In this document: one piece after another, positions 45,556 through 56,449 of the stretch
Numbering within the stretch: position 1 is the stretch's first letter
Layout of the letters: each line of letters opens with the position of its first letter
Assembly (NCBI GenBank): GCA_017536505.1
Contig: JAFXHG010000027.1
Coordinates: 1,409 to 65,408, forward strand
Direction: 5' to 3'
Length of the DNA stretch: 64,000 nt
Origin: Bacilli bacterium
Lineage (GTDB): Bacteria > Bacillota_I > Bacilli_A > RF39 > UBA660
Notes under the pieces: generated by a model
Databases searched by the model: none
What the model was told of the DNA's origin: nothing
The model's input: the letters and a program-made list of their open reading frames with translations, nothing else
Translations under genes and position numbers: made by a program

Positions 45556-46644
45556 ATGAAAAATATTTTTGATAAATTAAATGAAATAATGGAACCTTAT
45601 TTTAAAAAGAAGGAATATTTAGAAAACTTAAATATAGATATAAATACCCTTAAACTTAGATTAGAAAAATTAATTGCAAATAGAAATCGAGAAATAGAAA
45701 ACTATATAAAAGAATCTATAAGTTCAAATCCAAGATTTTATTCTGGTTATGGATCAATGATAAGAAAAGATTTACAACAAGCTTACAAAGAAAAAGAGAA
45801 TGAATTAAAGAAGAACTTAGCTTTTTTAGAACATCTAAATCTGGCTGAAAAAGAAAAATTAAACGAATTAATTATTGATTTACAAAAACAATTAATTTCT
45901 GAACAAGATGTAATAAAAAATAAATTAAATGACGAGCAAATTCATTATAATTCTATAATGACTAAGTTATCTGATTTTCAGTATGAATATAATGAACAAA
46001 GTCAAGTTATTAATGGAAATGATTGGAGAAATTTATATCAAACAAGCATTGAAATAAACGACAATATAAATACTTTACAACAAGCATTAGAAAAGTCTAA
46101 AGAATATTTAGGTATGTTTGAATCGACTGAAATAAAAGAAGAAGTTGTTGAAACAGAAATAATATCTGACGATAAAATTGATTTATTAAATACTGTTTAT
46201 AATGAAATAATTAAAGAAATAGAAAAGTTAAAATCTAATGAACAATGTTTAAGTTTACCTTGTGGGGAAGAAGTAATACCTAATGATATAAATAAAGCTA
46301 TAGAAATTTTATATTCTAAAGATAAAGGAAAAACATATATAGTTAAAGAAAATTTAAATCAACAAGGGATTTCAAAAGATATAATAGATGCAATTAATCA
46401 ACAATTAAAAAAATATAGTACTCAGTTATTGTTTAAAGATAGTAAAATATCTCAAGCAGATTTATTTAGAGTGTTTGGAAAAGAAGAATCTAAAAGAATT
46501 ATTGAAGAAACAAAAGCAAATGTTTCAACTAATGAAGATGGTTATATATTAAAAACGGATATATTAGAAATATTAAATAAAGTATTTGAAGCAAAAGAGG
46601 AAACATTAAGTACTCAATATGAAATGAGTGTTAAACAAAAATAA
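45556..46644 (+). CDS. hypothetical coiled-coil protein
   Basis: 362 aa. RBS AGGAGG. No recognisable family. Confidence 0.4.
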   Translation: MKNIFDKLNEIMEPYFKKKEYLENLNIDINTLKLRLEKLIANRNREIENYIKESISSNPRFYSGYGSMIRKDLQQAYKEKENELKKNLAFLEHLNLAEKEKLNELIIDLQKQLISEQDVIKNKLNDEQIHYNSIMTKLSDFQYEYNEQSQVINGNDWRNLYQTSIEINDNINTLQQALEKSKEYLGMFESTEIKEEVVETEIISDDKIDLLNTVYNEIIKEIEKLKSNEQCLSLPCGEEVIPNDINKAIEILYSKDKGKTYIVKENLNQQGISKDIIDAINQQLKKYSTQLLFKDSKISQADLFRVFGKEESKRIIEETKANVSTNEDGYILKTDILEILNKVFEAKEETLSTQYEMSVKQK

Positions 46645-46723
46645 TCAATTAAACTTTGATTATTTTTTTGTTTTTTCTTTAAAATGATATTTATTTTTGA
46701 TATACTATATATTAGGTGGTAGT

Positions 46724-49700
46724 ATGGACTCTAAAATTAATACATTAATAAAAAAATTAAATTTATCAGAAGAGTGTATAGAATATTTAAAAGATGCTAA
46801 ATTAGATAAAATAATAGCTAATAAAGAGAAAACTAATTATTGTTTTTATATTGATATAAATGATACTTTAGAAATATCTTTATATGAAGAATTTATAAAT
46901 AAATTAAAAAAATCTTTTAAAGATGTAAAAAGTGTAAATGTAGTATTTAATGTAAAAAATAAAAACAACAATTTATTAAAAGAATATTTAAAAAACATAA
47001 TACAGTTTTATAGTAAAGAAAGTTCTATGTTAAGTATGTTTATAGATAATAAAATAGAACAAAAAGAATCTAAAATAGTTATATATGTTGATAATGTAGC
47101 TGAGTTAAAGAAACTTGAAGAATATAAATTAAAAATTGAAGAATATCTAAATAGAGTAGGATATGATGCAGTATTAGATATTTTAGTAGATGAAGAAGAG
47201 TCTTTAAAAATACAGGAAGAAATAGAAAATTCTAAAGTAGATGGAAGTAATGTAGATTTATCTATATTAAAAGAACAACCGATTATTGAAGAAAAGCCAG
47301 CATGGAAGAAAAATTACACACCTAAAAGAATTGAAACTGTAGATGACCCAAATGTAATACTTGGTAGAGTTATAGATGATGAAATAGTTAGAATGGATAC
47401 AATAGTAGGTAAGACTCCATTAATTACTGTAGAAAGTGAAATATTTGGTATTGATGTAAGAGAAACAAAAACAGACTTAAGAATATTTACTTTAAAAATT
47501 ACTGATAGAACAGATAGTATATATGCAAAGATATTTATAAATGGTGATGAAGAAAGTAAAAGATTATCTAAAGCTTTAAAAGTAGGTAAGTGGTTTAAGT
47601 TTAGAGGATCTATTAAAGAAGACAAATATTCTAATGAAGATGTACTTAGTATTATGGATATTAATATAAGCAATCATGAAGATGTAAAAATAATAGATGA
47701 TGCACCTGTAAGAAGAGTAGAGTTGCACGCTCATACTATGATGAGCCAAATGGATGGAGTAACTAAACTTGATTTAGGTAAACATACTTGTGAACTTATA
47801 AGCAGATGTATTGATATGGGATATAGAGGAGTAGCTATAACAGATCATAATGGTTGTCAAGCTTTTCCTGTTGTATATGATATGATAAGATCTCATAATA
47901 AAAAAATAGAAGATCCAAAAGAAAAATTTAAAGGATTATATGGTGTAGAGCTTACTTTAGTTGATGATACAGTAAATATAGTAGTAAGACCTACTGATTT
48001 AGCTTTAAAAGGAACTACCTATGTAGTATTCGATACAGAAACAACAGGGTTTAATGCAGCTGGTGGAGATCAAATGATTGAAATTGGTGCGGTTAAAATA
48101 TGTGATGGAAATATTATAGATAGATTTGATGAATTAATAGATCCTAAAAGACCAATACCAGAGAAAATCACTGAGCTTACTTGTATAACTGATGATATGG
48201 TTAAAGGTAAGGATGATGAAGAAACAGTTACGAAACGTTTCTTAGAATGGGCAGAAGATCTTCCTATGGTAGCGCATAATGCTAAATTCGATATTTCATT
48301 TATTGAAATGGCTATGAGAAAGTATAACTTAGGTGAATTTAAAAATACTGTAATAGATACATTAGAATTATCAAGAACACTAGATCAAGGATTTGCTAGA
48401 CATGGACTATCAGCTTTAGTAAAAAGATATAATGTACCTTGGGAAGAAGATGCTCACCATAGAGCTGATTACGATGCTGAAGGAACAGCTTTAGTATTTA
48501 GTAAGATGTTACAAAAGTTAACATCTCAAAATTTTAAAGTTATATCTGATTTAGATAAACTTATTTCTAAAGATGAGATACATAAATTTGGTAGAACATA
48601 TCATTTTAATGCTATCGCATTAAATAAAGTAGGTTTAAAAAATTTATTTAAAATAATCTCACTTGCTAATACAGTATATCTATATAAGACTCCTAGAATA
48701 CTTAGAAGTAAATTAGAAGAACTTAGAGAAGGATTACTTATTGGTAGCGGTTGTTATGAATCTGAAGTATTTAGAGAATCAAGAAGTAAGGAAGGTCAAG
48801 AATTAACTAATATAATTAATTTTTATGATTATGTGGAAGTTCAACCTCCTGAATGTTATAATCATTTAATACAAACTAGTGATTTTAAAGATGAAATAGA
48901 ATTACAAAATCATATAAGAAAAGTAGTAGAAGCAACTAAAGAAGCTGGAAAGATAATAGTTGCTACTGGAGATGTACATCATTTTACACGTGAAGATAAA
49001 ATATATCGTGAAATAATTGTAAATCAAAAAGTACCTGGTGGAGGAAGACATCCACTTGCTAAAAGTAGTATAACTAAAATACCTTCAATGCACTATCGTA
49101 CTACAAGAGAAATGTTAGAAGATTTTGAATTTTTAGGTGATGATTTATCATATGAAATAGTTGTAGAAAATACTAACAAAGTACTTGATATGGTAGAAGA
49201 GATAGAAGTAATTATAGATACTGGTGGAATACCTTTTTCTCCAAGAATAAAGAGTGATGATGGATCTAGTTACTTAGATTGTCCAAGTGTAGTTACTGAT
49301 TTAGTTTATACAAAAGCAAGTGATTGGTATGGAAATCCACTTCCATTTAATATAGAAGGAAGAATTGCTACTGAACTTTATGGAGATATTGTTTACAAAT
49401 GTTGTCTTAATAATGTAAAGAAAGCAAACCCTAATATAACTGAAGAAGATTTAGAAAAACAAGTTTATTCTAAAGTCCATGAAAGTATTTTAAAAGGATT
49501 CGATAGTGTTAAAGAAATGCTAAAAGAATATATAAAAGAAAACTGGGATGAAAAAGATGGAGAACTAGATGATAAATCTTTAGAAAAAAAATTAAATAAG
49601 AGTTTAGGAGGAATTATAGGTGGGGGATTCGATCCAATATATTTGATTTCTCAAAAACTTGTTAAACATTCAAATGATGATGGATATCTAGTAGGTTCAC

Positions 49701-51397
49701 GTGGATCTGTTGGATCAAGTTTTGTTGCTACTATGATGGGAATAACAGAAGTAAATCCATTACCTGCTCATTATAGATGTTTAAAATGTAAACATAGTAT
49801 ATTTAAAGATGAAAAAGGTAATGAATTAGGTGCTACATATTCAAGTGGATTTGACTTACCTGATAAGAAATGTCCAAAATGTGGAGAAGCTATGTACAAA
49901 GATGGGCAGGATATGCCATTTGCTACTTTCCTTGGATTTAATGCAGATAAGGTACCAGATATAGACCTTAACTTCTCTGATTTAAATCAAGCTTCTGCTC
50001 ATGAATATACAAAGGTATTATTTGGTGTTGATAATGTTTATAGAGCTGGAACTATTGGTACTGTAGCTGATAAAACTGCATTTGGATTTGTAAAAGGATA
50101 CTGTGAAGATAAAAATATAGTAATGAGGACTGCTGAAATAGAACGTTTAGCGCAAGGTTGTACAGGAGTTAAAAGAACAACAGGTCAACACCCAGGAGGT
50201 ATAGTAGTTGTTCCTGATTATATGGAAGTATCAGATTTTACTCCATTCCAATTTCCTGCTGATGATCCTAATAGTGCTTGGAGAACAACTCATTTTGATT
50301 ATCATGCTATCGATCAAGATTTACTTAAATTGGATATTTTAGGGCATTCAGATCCAACACAACTTCGTATGATACAAGATTTAACTGGAACTGATATACT
50401 TAAGGTACCACTTGATGATAAAGAAACTATGAGTATATTTACATCTACTAAAGCACTTGGTGTAACTAATGAACAAATAATGTGTACAACAGGAACACTT
50501 GGGATTCCAGAATTTGGGACACCATTTACAATAGGAATGGTTGCTGAAACTAAACCAACAACTTTTGCAGAACTTATTAAAATATCAGGACTTTCTCATG
50601 GTACTGACGTTTGGCTTGGTAATGCTCAAGAATTAATAAAAAATAATATAGTTCCATTTAAAGAAGTTATAGGATGTCGTGATGACATAATGGTTTATCT
50701 TATGTATAAAGGTGTAGAACCAATAAAAGCGTTTAAGATAATGGAATTTGTACGTAAGGGAAGAGCTTCAAAAGATCCTGAAACTTGGGCTAGTCATAAA
50801 AAAACAATGGAAGAAGCTGGAATAGAGAAGTGGTTTATAGATTCTTGTGGAAAGATTAAATACATGTTCCCTAAAGCCCATGCAGCAGCATACGTTATAA
50901 GCGCATTTAGAATAGCTTGGTATAAAGTTCATATGCCTGTATATTTCTATGCATCTTGGCTTACTTCAAAAGCTACTGATGTAGATGTAGAAGTAATGAT
51001 AAAAGGGTACGATGCTATAAAAAATAAAATACTAGAAATACAAAATAAAGGATATGAAGCAACAAATAAAGAAATGGGACAACTTGAAAGTTTAAAGGTT
51101 TGCTTAGAAGCAACTGCTCGTGGTATTAAGTTTTTGCCAGTAGATTTAGATAAAAGTAATGCTACTGTTTGGGGTGTTAAAGATGATAAGAGTATTTATC
51201 CACCTTTCTCAAGTATAGATGGGCTTGGAGATACAGTTGCTAAAAATATAGTGGAAGAAAGAGAAAAAAGATCTTTCTTAAGTATTGAAGAAGTTCAATA
51301 TAGAGCTAAAGTATCAGGTACTCTTATAGAAAAAATGAAATCTATGGGTATATTTAATGGTATGAGTGAATCTAACCAATTAAGTTTATTTGATTAA
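46724..51397 (+). CDS. polC: DNA polymerase III PolC-type
   Basis: PHP domain (VELHAHTMMSQMDG), exonuclease domain (YVVFDTETTGF...MVAHNAKFDISF), zinc module (CLKCKH...CPKCG) and polymerase core (GSRGSVGSSFVA, PDIDLNF). Confidence 0.95.
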   Translation: MDSKINTLIKKLNLSEECIEYLKDAKLDKIIANKEKTNYCFYIDINDTLEISLYEEFINKLKKSFKDVKSVNVVFNVKNKNNNLLKEYLKNIIQFYSKESSMLSMFIDNKIEQKESKIVIYVDNVAELKKLEEYKLKIEEYLNRVGYDAVLDILVDEEESLKIQEEIENSKVDGSNVDLSILKEQPIIEEKPAWKKNYTPKRIETVDDPNVILGRVIDDEIVRMDTIVGKTPLITVESEIFGIDVRETKTDLRIFTLKITDRTDSIYAKIFINGDEESKRLSKALKVGKWFKFRGSIKEDKYSNEDVLSIMDINISNHEDVKIIDDAPVRRVELHAHTMMSQMDGVTKLDLGKHTCELISRCIDMGYRGVAITDHNGCQAFPVVYDMIRSHNKKIEDPKEKFKGLYGVELTLVDDTVNIVVRPTDLALKGTTYVVFDTETTGFNAAGGDQMIEIGAVKICDGNIIDRFDELIDPKRPIPEKITELTCITDDMVKGKDDEETVTKRFLEWAEDLPMVAHNAKFDISFIEMAMRKYNLGEFKNTVIDTLELSRTLDQGFARHGLSALVKRYNVPWEEDAHHRADYDAEGTALVFSKMLQKLTSQNFKVISDLDKLISKDEIHKFGRTYHFNAIALNKVGLKNLFKIISLANTVYLYKTPRILRSKLEELREGLLIGSGCYESEVFRESRSKEGQELTNIINFYDYVEVQPPECYNHLIQTSDFKDEIELQNHIRKVVEATKEAGKIIVATGDVHHFTREDKIYREIIVNQKVPGGGRHPLAKSSITKIPSMHYRTTREMLEDFEFLGDDLSYEIVVENTNKVLDMVEEIEVIIDTGGIPFSPRIKSDDGSSYLDCPSVVTDLVYTKASDWYGNPLPFNIEGRIATELYGDIVYKCCLNNVKKANPNITEEDLEKQVYSKVHESILKGFDSVKEMLKEYIKENWDEKDGELDDKSLEKKLNKSLGGIIGGGFDPIYLISQKLVKHSNDDGYLVGSRGSVGSSFVATMMGITEVNPLPAHYRCLKCKHSIFKDEKGNELGATYSSGFDLPDKKCPKCGEAMYKDGQDMPFATFLGFNADKVPDIDLNFSDLNQASAHEYTKVLFGVDNVYRAGTIGTVADKTAFGFVKGYCEDKNIVMRTAEIERLAQGCTGVKRTTGQHPGGIVVVPDYMEVSDFTPFQFPADDPNSAWRTTHFDYHAIDQDLLKLDILGHSDPTQLRMIQDLTGTDILKVPLDDKETMSIFTSTKALGVTNEQIMCTTGTLGIPEFGTPFTIGMVAETKPTTFAELIKISGLSHGTDVWLGNAQELIKNNIVPFKEVIGCRDDIMVYLMYKGVEPIKAFKIMEFVRKGRASKDPETWASHKKTMEEAGIEKWFIDSCGKIKYMFPKAHAAAYVISAFRIAWYKVHMPVYFYASWLTSKATDVDVEVMIKGYDAIKNKILEIQNKGYEATNKEMGQLESLKVCLEATARGIKFLPVDLDKSNATVWGVKDDKSIYPPFSSIDGLGDTVAKNIVEEREKRSFLSIEEVQYRAKVSGTLIEKMKSMGIFNGMSESNQLSLFD

Positions 51398-51404
51398 AAA
51401 ATAT

Positions 51405-51432
51405 AAAACTACAGAATATCTGTAGTTTTTTT
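51405..51432. terminator. bidirectional terminator between polC and clpP
   Basis: AAAACTACAG-AATAT-CTGTAGTTTT followed by TTT. Confidence 0.75.
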
Positions 51433-51449
51433 ATAAAATCATAATGTTT

Positions 51450-52031
51450 CTATCTTTTCTTGTTTTTAATTATTTCATCAATAATACCATATTCTAAAGC
51501 AGTATTAGCATCCATAAAATTATCTCTATCTGTATCTTTTTCTATAATATCTAAATCTTTTCCTGTATTGAGAGAAAGTATTTTGTTTAACTTTTCTTTA
51601 GTTTTTAAAATATGTTCAGCAGCTATCTTAATTTCAGTAGCTTGACCTTTTACTCCTCCTAAAGGTTGATGAATCATGACTTCACTATTTGGTAATACAT
51701 ATCTTTTTCCTTTTTTACCGCTACTAAGTAAAAAAGCAGCCATGGAAGCACATATTCCCATACCAATTGTTGAAACATCACTATTTATATAATTCATAGT
51801 GTCATAAATAGCCATTCCATCAGTAACACTACCTCCTGGGGAATTAATATAAATATTTATATCTTCATTGTTAATAGAATCTAAATAGAGTAGTTGAGCA
51901 ACAACACTATTAGCTAAGTTATTATCTATTTCACCATTAATAATTATAATCCTATCTTTAAGTAATCTAGAATAAATATCATAAACTCTTTCACTATTAT
52001 TAACCTTATCAATAACTGTTGGTATTATCAT
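51450..52031 (-). CDS. clpP: ATP-dependent Clp protease proteolytic subunit
   Basis: Catalytic Ser in [11 protein letters not shown], His in MIHQP and Asp in DRDNFM. ATG 52031 follows AGGAGA. Confidence 0.93.
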   Translation of the reverse strand: MIIPTVIDKVNNSERVYDIYSRLLKDRIIIINGEIDNNLANSVVAQLLYLDSINNEDINIYINSPGGSVTDGMAIYDTMNYINSDVSTIGMGICASMAAFLLSSGKKGKRYVLPNSEVMIHQPLGGVKGQATEIKIAAEHILKTKEKLNKILSLNTGKDLDIIEKDTDRDNFMDANTALEYGIIDEIIKNKKR

Positions 52032-52141
52032 AAAATCATCTCCTATCAATATAATAGTAATAAAATAAGTTATTTATGCATAAAATAAGTCGACAAAGTA
52101 TTTTTTTTTTGATAAAATGATTATATAAGGTAGATGATAAA

Positions 52142-53806
52142 ATGAATAAAAAGTTTAAAGTAACGTTTAGGGGTAATGAAGTAGTAGAGTTTGATGAAGG
52201 AACAACTTATAAAAGTATTTCAGAACATTTTAAACATAACTATAATTATGATATTTTAGTTGCAAAAGTAAATAATAATTTAGTAGATTTAAGTGATACT
52301 TTAAATAAAAAATGTAATATTGATTTTTTTGATAGAAGTTCAGAAACAGGAAATAATGTATATATTAGAAGTGCTAGATTTATACTTGTTCTTGCTGTTA
52401 GAAATGTTTTAGGAGAAGAAGCAGAATTAATAACAGAACACTCAATAGATAGAGGAGTATTCTGTACTATTAGAAATGCTAAAATAAATAAGGATATAGT
52501 AAACAAAATATATAAAGAGATGAAATTTATAGTAGAAGAAGACTATAAATTTACAAAACTTAATGTATCTAGATTAGATGCTATAAAATATTTTAAAAAG
52601 ATTAACAAATTAGATAAAGTTAATGTATTAAAATATATATCTAATACTTATATTAACTTATATAGAATAAACGATTTATATGATTATTTTTATGGAAAGA
52701 TGGCATATAGTACAAGTCAAATACCTGAATTTAAATTAACTTATACAGGTGAAGATGGATTTGTTATGTCTTTGCCAGATACAGAAAATCCTGAATGCGT
52801 TTTAGATTATGTTCATCATGAAAAAGTATTTGATAAATTTTTAGAATATACAAAATGGGGTAGAATATTAGAGATAGAGAATGCTGCTGATTTAAATAAA
52901 ATAGTTTCTCAAGCAAAAATAGGAGAACTTATTAATCTAGCAGAAGCTCATTATGATGGTCAATTAGCTAAAATAGCTGATGAAATATATAGTAGTAAGA
53001 AAAATATAAAACTAGTTTTACTTGCTGGGCCATCATCAAGTGGAAAAACTACAACATCTAAAAAATTAGATATATATTTAAGAAGTAAAGGTTTTGTAAC
53101 TCATCCAATTGCTTTAGATGATTATTTTACAGATATGGATAAAAGACCTGTAGATGCTAATGGTAAACCTGATTTTGAATCAGTAAGAGCCTTAGATATT
53201 GATTTATTTAATAAGCAGTTAGTAGAACTTTTAGATGGGAAAAAAGTTAGTTTACCGACTTACAATTTTGTAACAGGAAAAAGAGAATATAAAGGTAATT
53301 ATTTACAATTAGGTGAAAAAGATATAATAATTGTCGAAGGATTACATGCATTAAATGATGAGTTAACCATGGCTATAAATAAAGATCAAAAATACAAAAT
53401 TTATATATCACCTTTAACTCAAATGAATATAGATCATCATAGTTATATTCATACAAGTAATATCCGAAAATTAAGAAGAATTGTAAGAGATAGTAAAACA
53501 AGAGGTTTTGGTGCCCGTGATACTATTAAAATGTGGCCTGAGATAAAAAAAGGAGAAAGGGAAAATATATATAAGTTTCAAGATGATGTAGATGTAGTTG
53601 TTAATTCATCTTTAATATATGAAGTTGGGGTTCTTAAAACTTATGTAGAACCATTGCTTTTCAATGTAAATGAAGATGATCCAGAATATCCAGAAGCATT
53701 AAGACTTATAAATTTCTTAAGGAATTTTTTGCCAATACCAAGTGATGATGTGCCACCTGATTCGGTTTTAAGAGAATTTATAGGGGGAAGTTGTTTTAAA
53801 AATTAG
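52142..53806 (+). CDS. uridine kinase / PRK-family P-loop protein with N-terminal TGS-like domain
   Basis: LLAGPSSSGKTTTSKKL P-loop with a downstream IVEGLHAL block. 554 aa. Confidence 0.55.
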   Translation: MNKKFKVTFRGNEVVEFDEGTTYKSISEHFKHNYNYDILVAKVNNNLVDLSDTLNKKCNIDFFDRSSETGNNVYIRSARFILVLAVRNVLGEEAELITEHSIDRGVFCTIRNAKINKDIVNKIYKEMKFIVEEDYKFTKLNVSRLDAIKYFKKINKLDKVNVLKYISNTYINLYRINDLYDYFYGKMAYSTSQIPEFKLTYTGEDGFVMSLPDTENPECVLDYVHHEKVFDKFLEYTKWGRILEIENAADLNKIVSQAKIGELINLAEAHYDGQLAKIADEIYSSKKNIKLVLLAGPSSSGKTTTSKKLDIYLRSKGFVTHPIALDDYFTDMDKRPVDANGKPDFESVRALDIDLFNKQLVELLDGKKVSLPTYNFVTGKREYKGNYLQLGEKDIIIVEGLHALNDELTMAINKDQKYKIYISPLTQMNIDHHSYIHTSNIRKLRRIVRDSKTRGFGARDTIKMWPEIKKGERENIYKFQDDVDVVVNSSLIYEVGVLKTYVEPLLFNVNEDDPEYPEALRLINFLRNFLPIPSDDVPPDSVLREFIGGSCFKN

Positions 53807-53821
53807 AAAGAAGGAATAAAT

Positions 53822-54826
53822 ATGATAAGAGTCGCAATAAATGGATTTGGAAGAATAGGAAGATTAGTATTTAGAATAATGGAGGAAGATCCTAATTTTG
53901 AGGTTGTCGCAATAAATGATTTAACAGATGCAGAACAACTATCATATTTACTTAAATATGATACAAATCATGGAAATTATAGAGTAAATGAAATTAGTTT
54001 TGAAGATAATTATATAATTGTTGGAGAAAGAAAAATTAGAGTATATGCTGAAACAGATCCAGTTAATTTACCATGGAGAGAATTAAATATTGATGAAGTA
54101 TTCGAATGTACAGGTAGATTTACTGATAAAGAAAAAGCAAGTGCTCATATAACTGCTGGTGCAAAAAAGGTTATAATTAGTGCTCCAGCTAAAGGAGATT
54201 TAAAAACAATAGTATATAATGTTAATGAAGAAACTTTAGATGGTACTGAACAAGTAATAAGTGCTGCTTCTTGTACAACTAACTGCTTAGCACCTGTACT
54301 TAATATAATTGAAAAAAATATAGGAATAAAAAAAGGATTTATGACTACAGTTCATGCTTATACGAATGATCAAGCAACTCTTGATATAGCTCATAAAAAA
54401 GGTATAAATGCTAGACGTGGTAGAGCATGTGCTGCTAATATAGTTCCTTCTTCAACAGGGGCTGCAAGTGCTATAGGATTAGTTATTCCATCTTTAAAAG
54501 GTAAACTTGATGGAGGAGCACTTAGAGTTCCAGTTTCTACAGGTTCAGTAATAGATCTTACTTTAGAACTTGAAAGAAATACAACAGTAGAAGAAATAAA
54601 TAATTTATTTAAACAAAACGCTAATGAAACAGTAGGATTTACTATGGATCCAATTGTATCAAGCGATATAAAAGGTTCTTACCTTGGTGGACTTATTGAT
54701 GGTCAACTTACTAAAGTAATAGAAGTAGATGGAAAACAATTAGTTAAAGTTATTGCTTGGTATGATAATGAAATGAGTTATTCAGCTCAAATGGTAAGAA
54801 CTGCAAAATATTTTGGAAATAAATAA
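53822..54826 (+). CDS. gap: type I glyceraldehyde-3-phosphate dehydrogenase
   Basis: INGFGRIGR and SCTTNCLAP active-site motifs, WYDNE near the C-terminus. Confidence 0.95.
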   Translation: MIRVAINGFGRIGRLVFRIMEEDPNFEVVAINDLTDAEQLSYLLKYDTNHGNYRVNEISFEDNYIIVGERKIRVYAETDPVNLPWRELNIDEVFECTGRFTDKEKASAHITAGAKKVIISAPAKGDLKTIVYNVNEETLDGTEQVISAASCTTNCLAPVLNIIEKNIGIKKGFMTTVHAYTNDQATLDIAHKKGINARRGRACAANIVPSSTGAASAIGLVIPSLKGKLDGGALRVPVSTGSVIDLTLELERNTTVEEINNLFKQNANETVGFTMDPIVSSDIKGSYLGGLIDGQLTKVIEVDGKQLVKVIAWYDNEMSYSAQMVRTAKYFGNK

Positions 54827-54827
54827 T

Positions 54828-55310
54828 ATGTTTTACATACAGTTAATAGGACTACTTGGATTCTGTATATTAGTTTTATCCTTTTATAAAAAAGAAAATG
54901 CAACTATATTAACTTATCAAATTACATCTAACTTTGCTTATACAGTTCATTATTTCTTACTTGGAGGATTATCAGGAGCTTTTTGCAGTTTAATAGGGAT
55001 TTTTAGAAATATAGTATTGATAAAATCAAATAATAGAAAAATTATTATCCCAGTATTTATTTTCTTATATCTTATAGTAACAATAATTTTTTATGAAAAT
55101 ATATATTCTGTATTTCCTTTTGTAGCAAACTCCCTATATCTAATATTAATTACATTTAAAACAAAGAAGATTTTGCTTATAGGTGCTATATCTAGTTCAA
55201 TATTTTGGGTATTATATTCTATATTTGTAAGTTCTTATGTAAGTATAATAACAGAATCAATACTTATAGTATCTAATGTTATACAATTAATTAAATTAAA
55301 AAATAAATAA
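54828..55310 (+). CDS. YgjV-family membrane protein
   Basis: 5 TM segments, about 160 aa. ...HYFLLGGLSGAFCSLIGIFRN... resembles YgjV. Confidence 0.45.
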   Translation: MFYIQLIGLLGFCILVLSFYKKENATILTYQITSNFAYTVHYFLLGGLSGAFCSLIGIFRNIVLIKSNNRKIIIPVFIFLYLIVTIIFYENIYSVFPFVANSLYLILITFKTKKILLIGAISSSIFWVLYSIFVSSYVSIITESILIVSNVIQLIKLKNK

Positions 55311-55377
55311 AGATAGAAATTTCTATCTTTTTCTTGTCTTAAACATTTGTTTGTGTTATACTTATAGTGGTGATAGT

Positions 55378-55932
55378 ATGTATGAATATATAAAAGGAAA
55401 AATAGTTAATCAAGAGAGCAATTATATTGTTGTAGATAATAATGCTATAGGATATTTAATATATGTCCCGAATCCATATTCTTTTGAATTAGATAAAGAA
55501 TATACAGTATATGTATATCATCAAGTTAGAGAAGATGAACAAAGTTTATATGGATTTAAAACTAAAGAAGAAAAAGATTTGTTCTTAAAGTTAATAGATG
55601 TAAAAGGATTAGGTTGTAAAATGGCTCTACCTATGCTTGCTACAGGGTCTATTAATGGAATTATGGATGCTATTGAAAGAGAAAATGTGCTATATTTAAA
55701 AAAATTTCCAAAAATAGGAGATAAGGTTGCTAAACAAATAATACTTGATTTAAAAGGAAAACTAAATACTAGTGCAGTTAATACTTCATCTAAGGACTAT
55801 GATGAATTAATAGAGGTATTGAAAGGATTAGGTTATAAACAAGCTGATATAAATAAAGTTATTCCTTCTATCAAATCAGATTTAAATATAGAAGAACAAA
55901 TAAAGGAAGCATTAAAATTGATGCTGAAATAG
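55378..55932 (+). CDS. ruvA: Holliday junction branch migration complex subunit RuvA
   Basis: MYEYIKGKIV...GYLIYV...LYGF..KEEKDLFLKLIDVKGLG. Confidence 0.9.
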   Translation: MYEYIKGKIVNQESNYIVVDNNAIGYLIYVPNPYSFELDKEYTVYVYHQVREDEQSLYGFKTKEEKDLFLKLIDVKGLGCKMALPMLATGSINGIMDAIERENVLYLKKFPKIGDKVAKQIILDLKGKLNTSAVNTSSKDYDELIEVLKGLGYKQADINKVIPSIKSDLNIEEQIKEALKLMLK

Positions 55933-55933
55933 T

Positions 55934-56449
55934 ATGATAATAGGAATAGACATAGATGATACTTTAGTAAATTCTAGTGATTCTTTTGATAAAGTAATAA
56001 AAAAATATAATGTAGACTTTAAAAAGAGTTTTAGAGATACTTGGACAGAAGAGGAAAAAAACTTTATTTTTGCTAATTATTTAGATGAAACATTAAAGAA
56101 TGCTGTAATAATGGAAGATGCTAAAGAAGTTATTAATTATTTAAATAGTATTGGACATAAACCTGTAATAATAACTGCTAGAAATAATGGACATTGTAAA
56201 AATATTGAGGAGTTTACTAGAGGATTTATAGAAAAAGAAGGAATTAAAATATCAGGATATTATTTTGGTGAATTTGAGAAATCTGATATAGCCAAAAAAA
56301 TAAATTTAGATTTAATGATAGATGATAATATACGAGTTTATAATAATATGAAAAAAGAAAATATAGATTGTATATTATATGGAGATAAAATTAAAAATTG
56401 GAAAGAAGTATTAGAATATATAAAAAGAAAGGAGAGATCAAATGGATAG
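55934..56449 (+). CDS. HAD-superfamily hydrolase (5'(3')-nucleotidase-like)
   Basis: IGIDIDDTL (DxDxT) motif I, ITAR motif II and a late DD. It lies between ruvA and ruvB. Confidence 0.45.
   Translation: MIIGIDIDDTLVNSSDSFDKVIKKYNVDFKKSFRDTWTEEEKNFIFANYLDETLKNAVIMEDAKEVINYLNSIGHKPVIITARNNGHCKNIEEFTRGFIEKEGIKISGYYFGEFEKSDIAKKINLDLMIDDNIRVYNNMKKENIDCILYGDKIKNWKEVLEYIKRKERSNG

Noticed and set aside
52032-52141. Searched the clpP upstream region for a CtsR operator (GGTCAAA-N3-GGTCAAA)
   Set aside because: No heptad direct repeat is present. Only a partial TTTGTCGAC was seen.
55340-55352. AAACATTTGTTT upstream of ruvA as a possible LexA (Cheo-type GAAC-N4-GTTC) box
   Set aside because: Both outer positions deviate from the consensus (AAAC/GTTT). 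In DNA this AT-rich, such a match is expected by chance. No comparable box was seen upstream of pcrA or the DinD-like gene.
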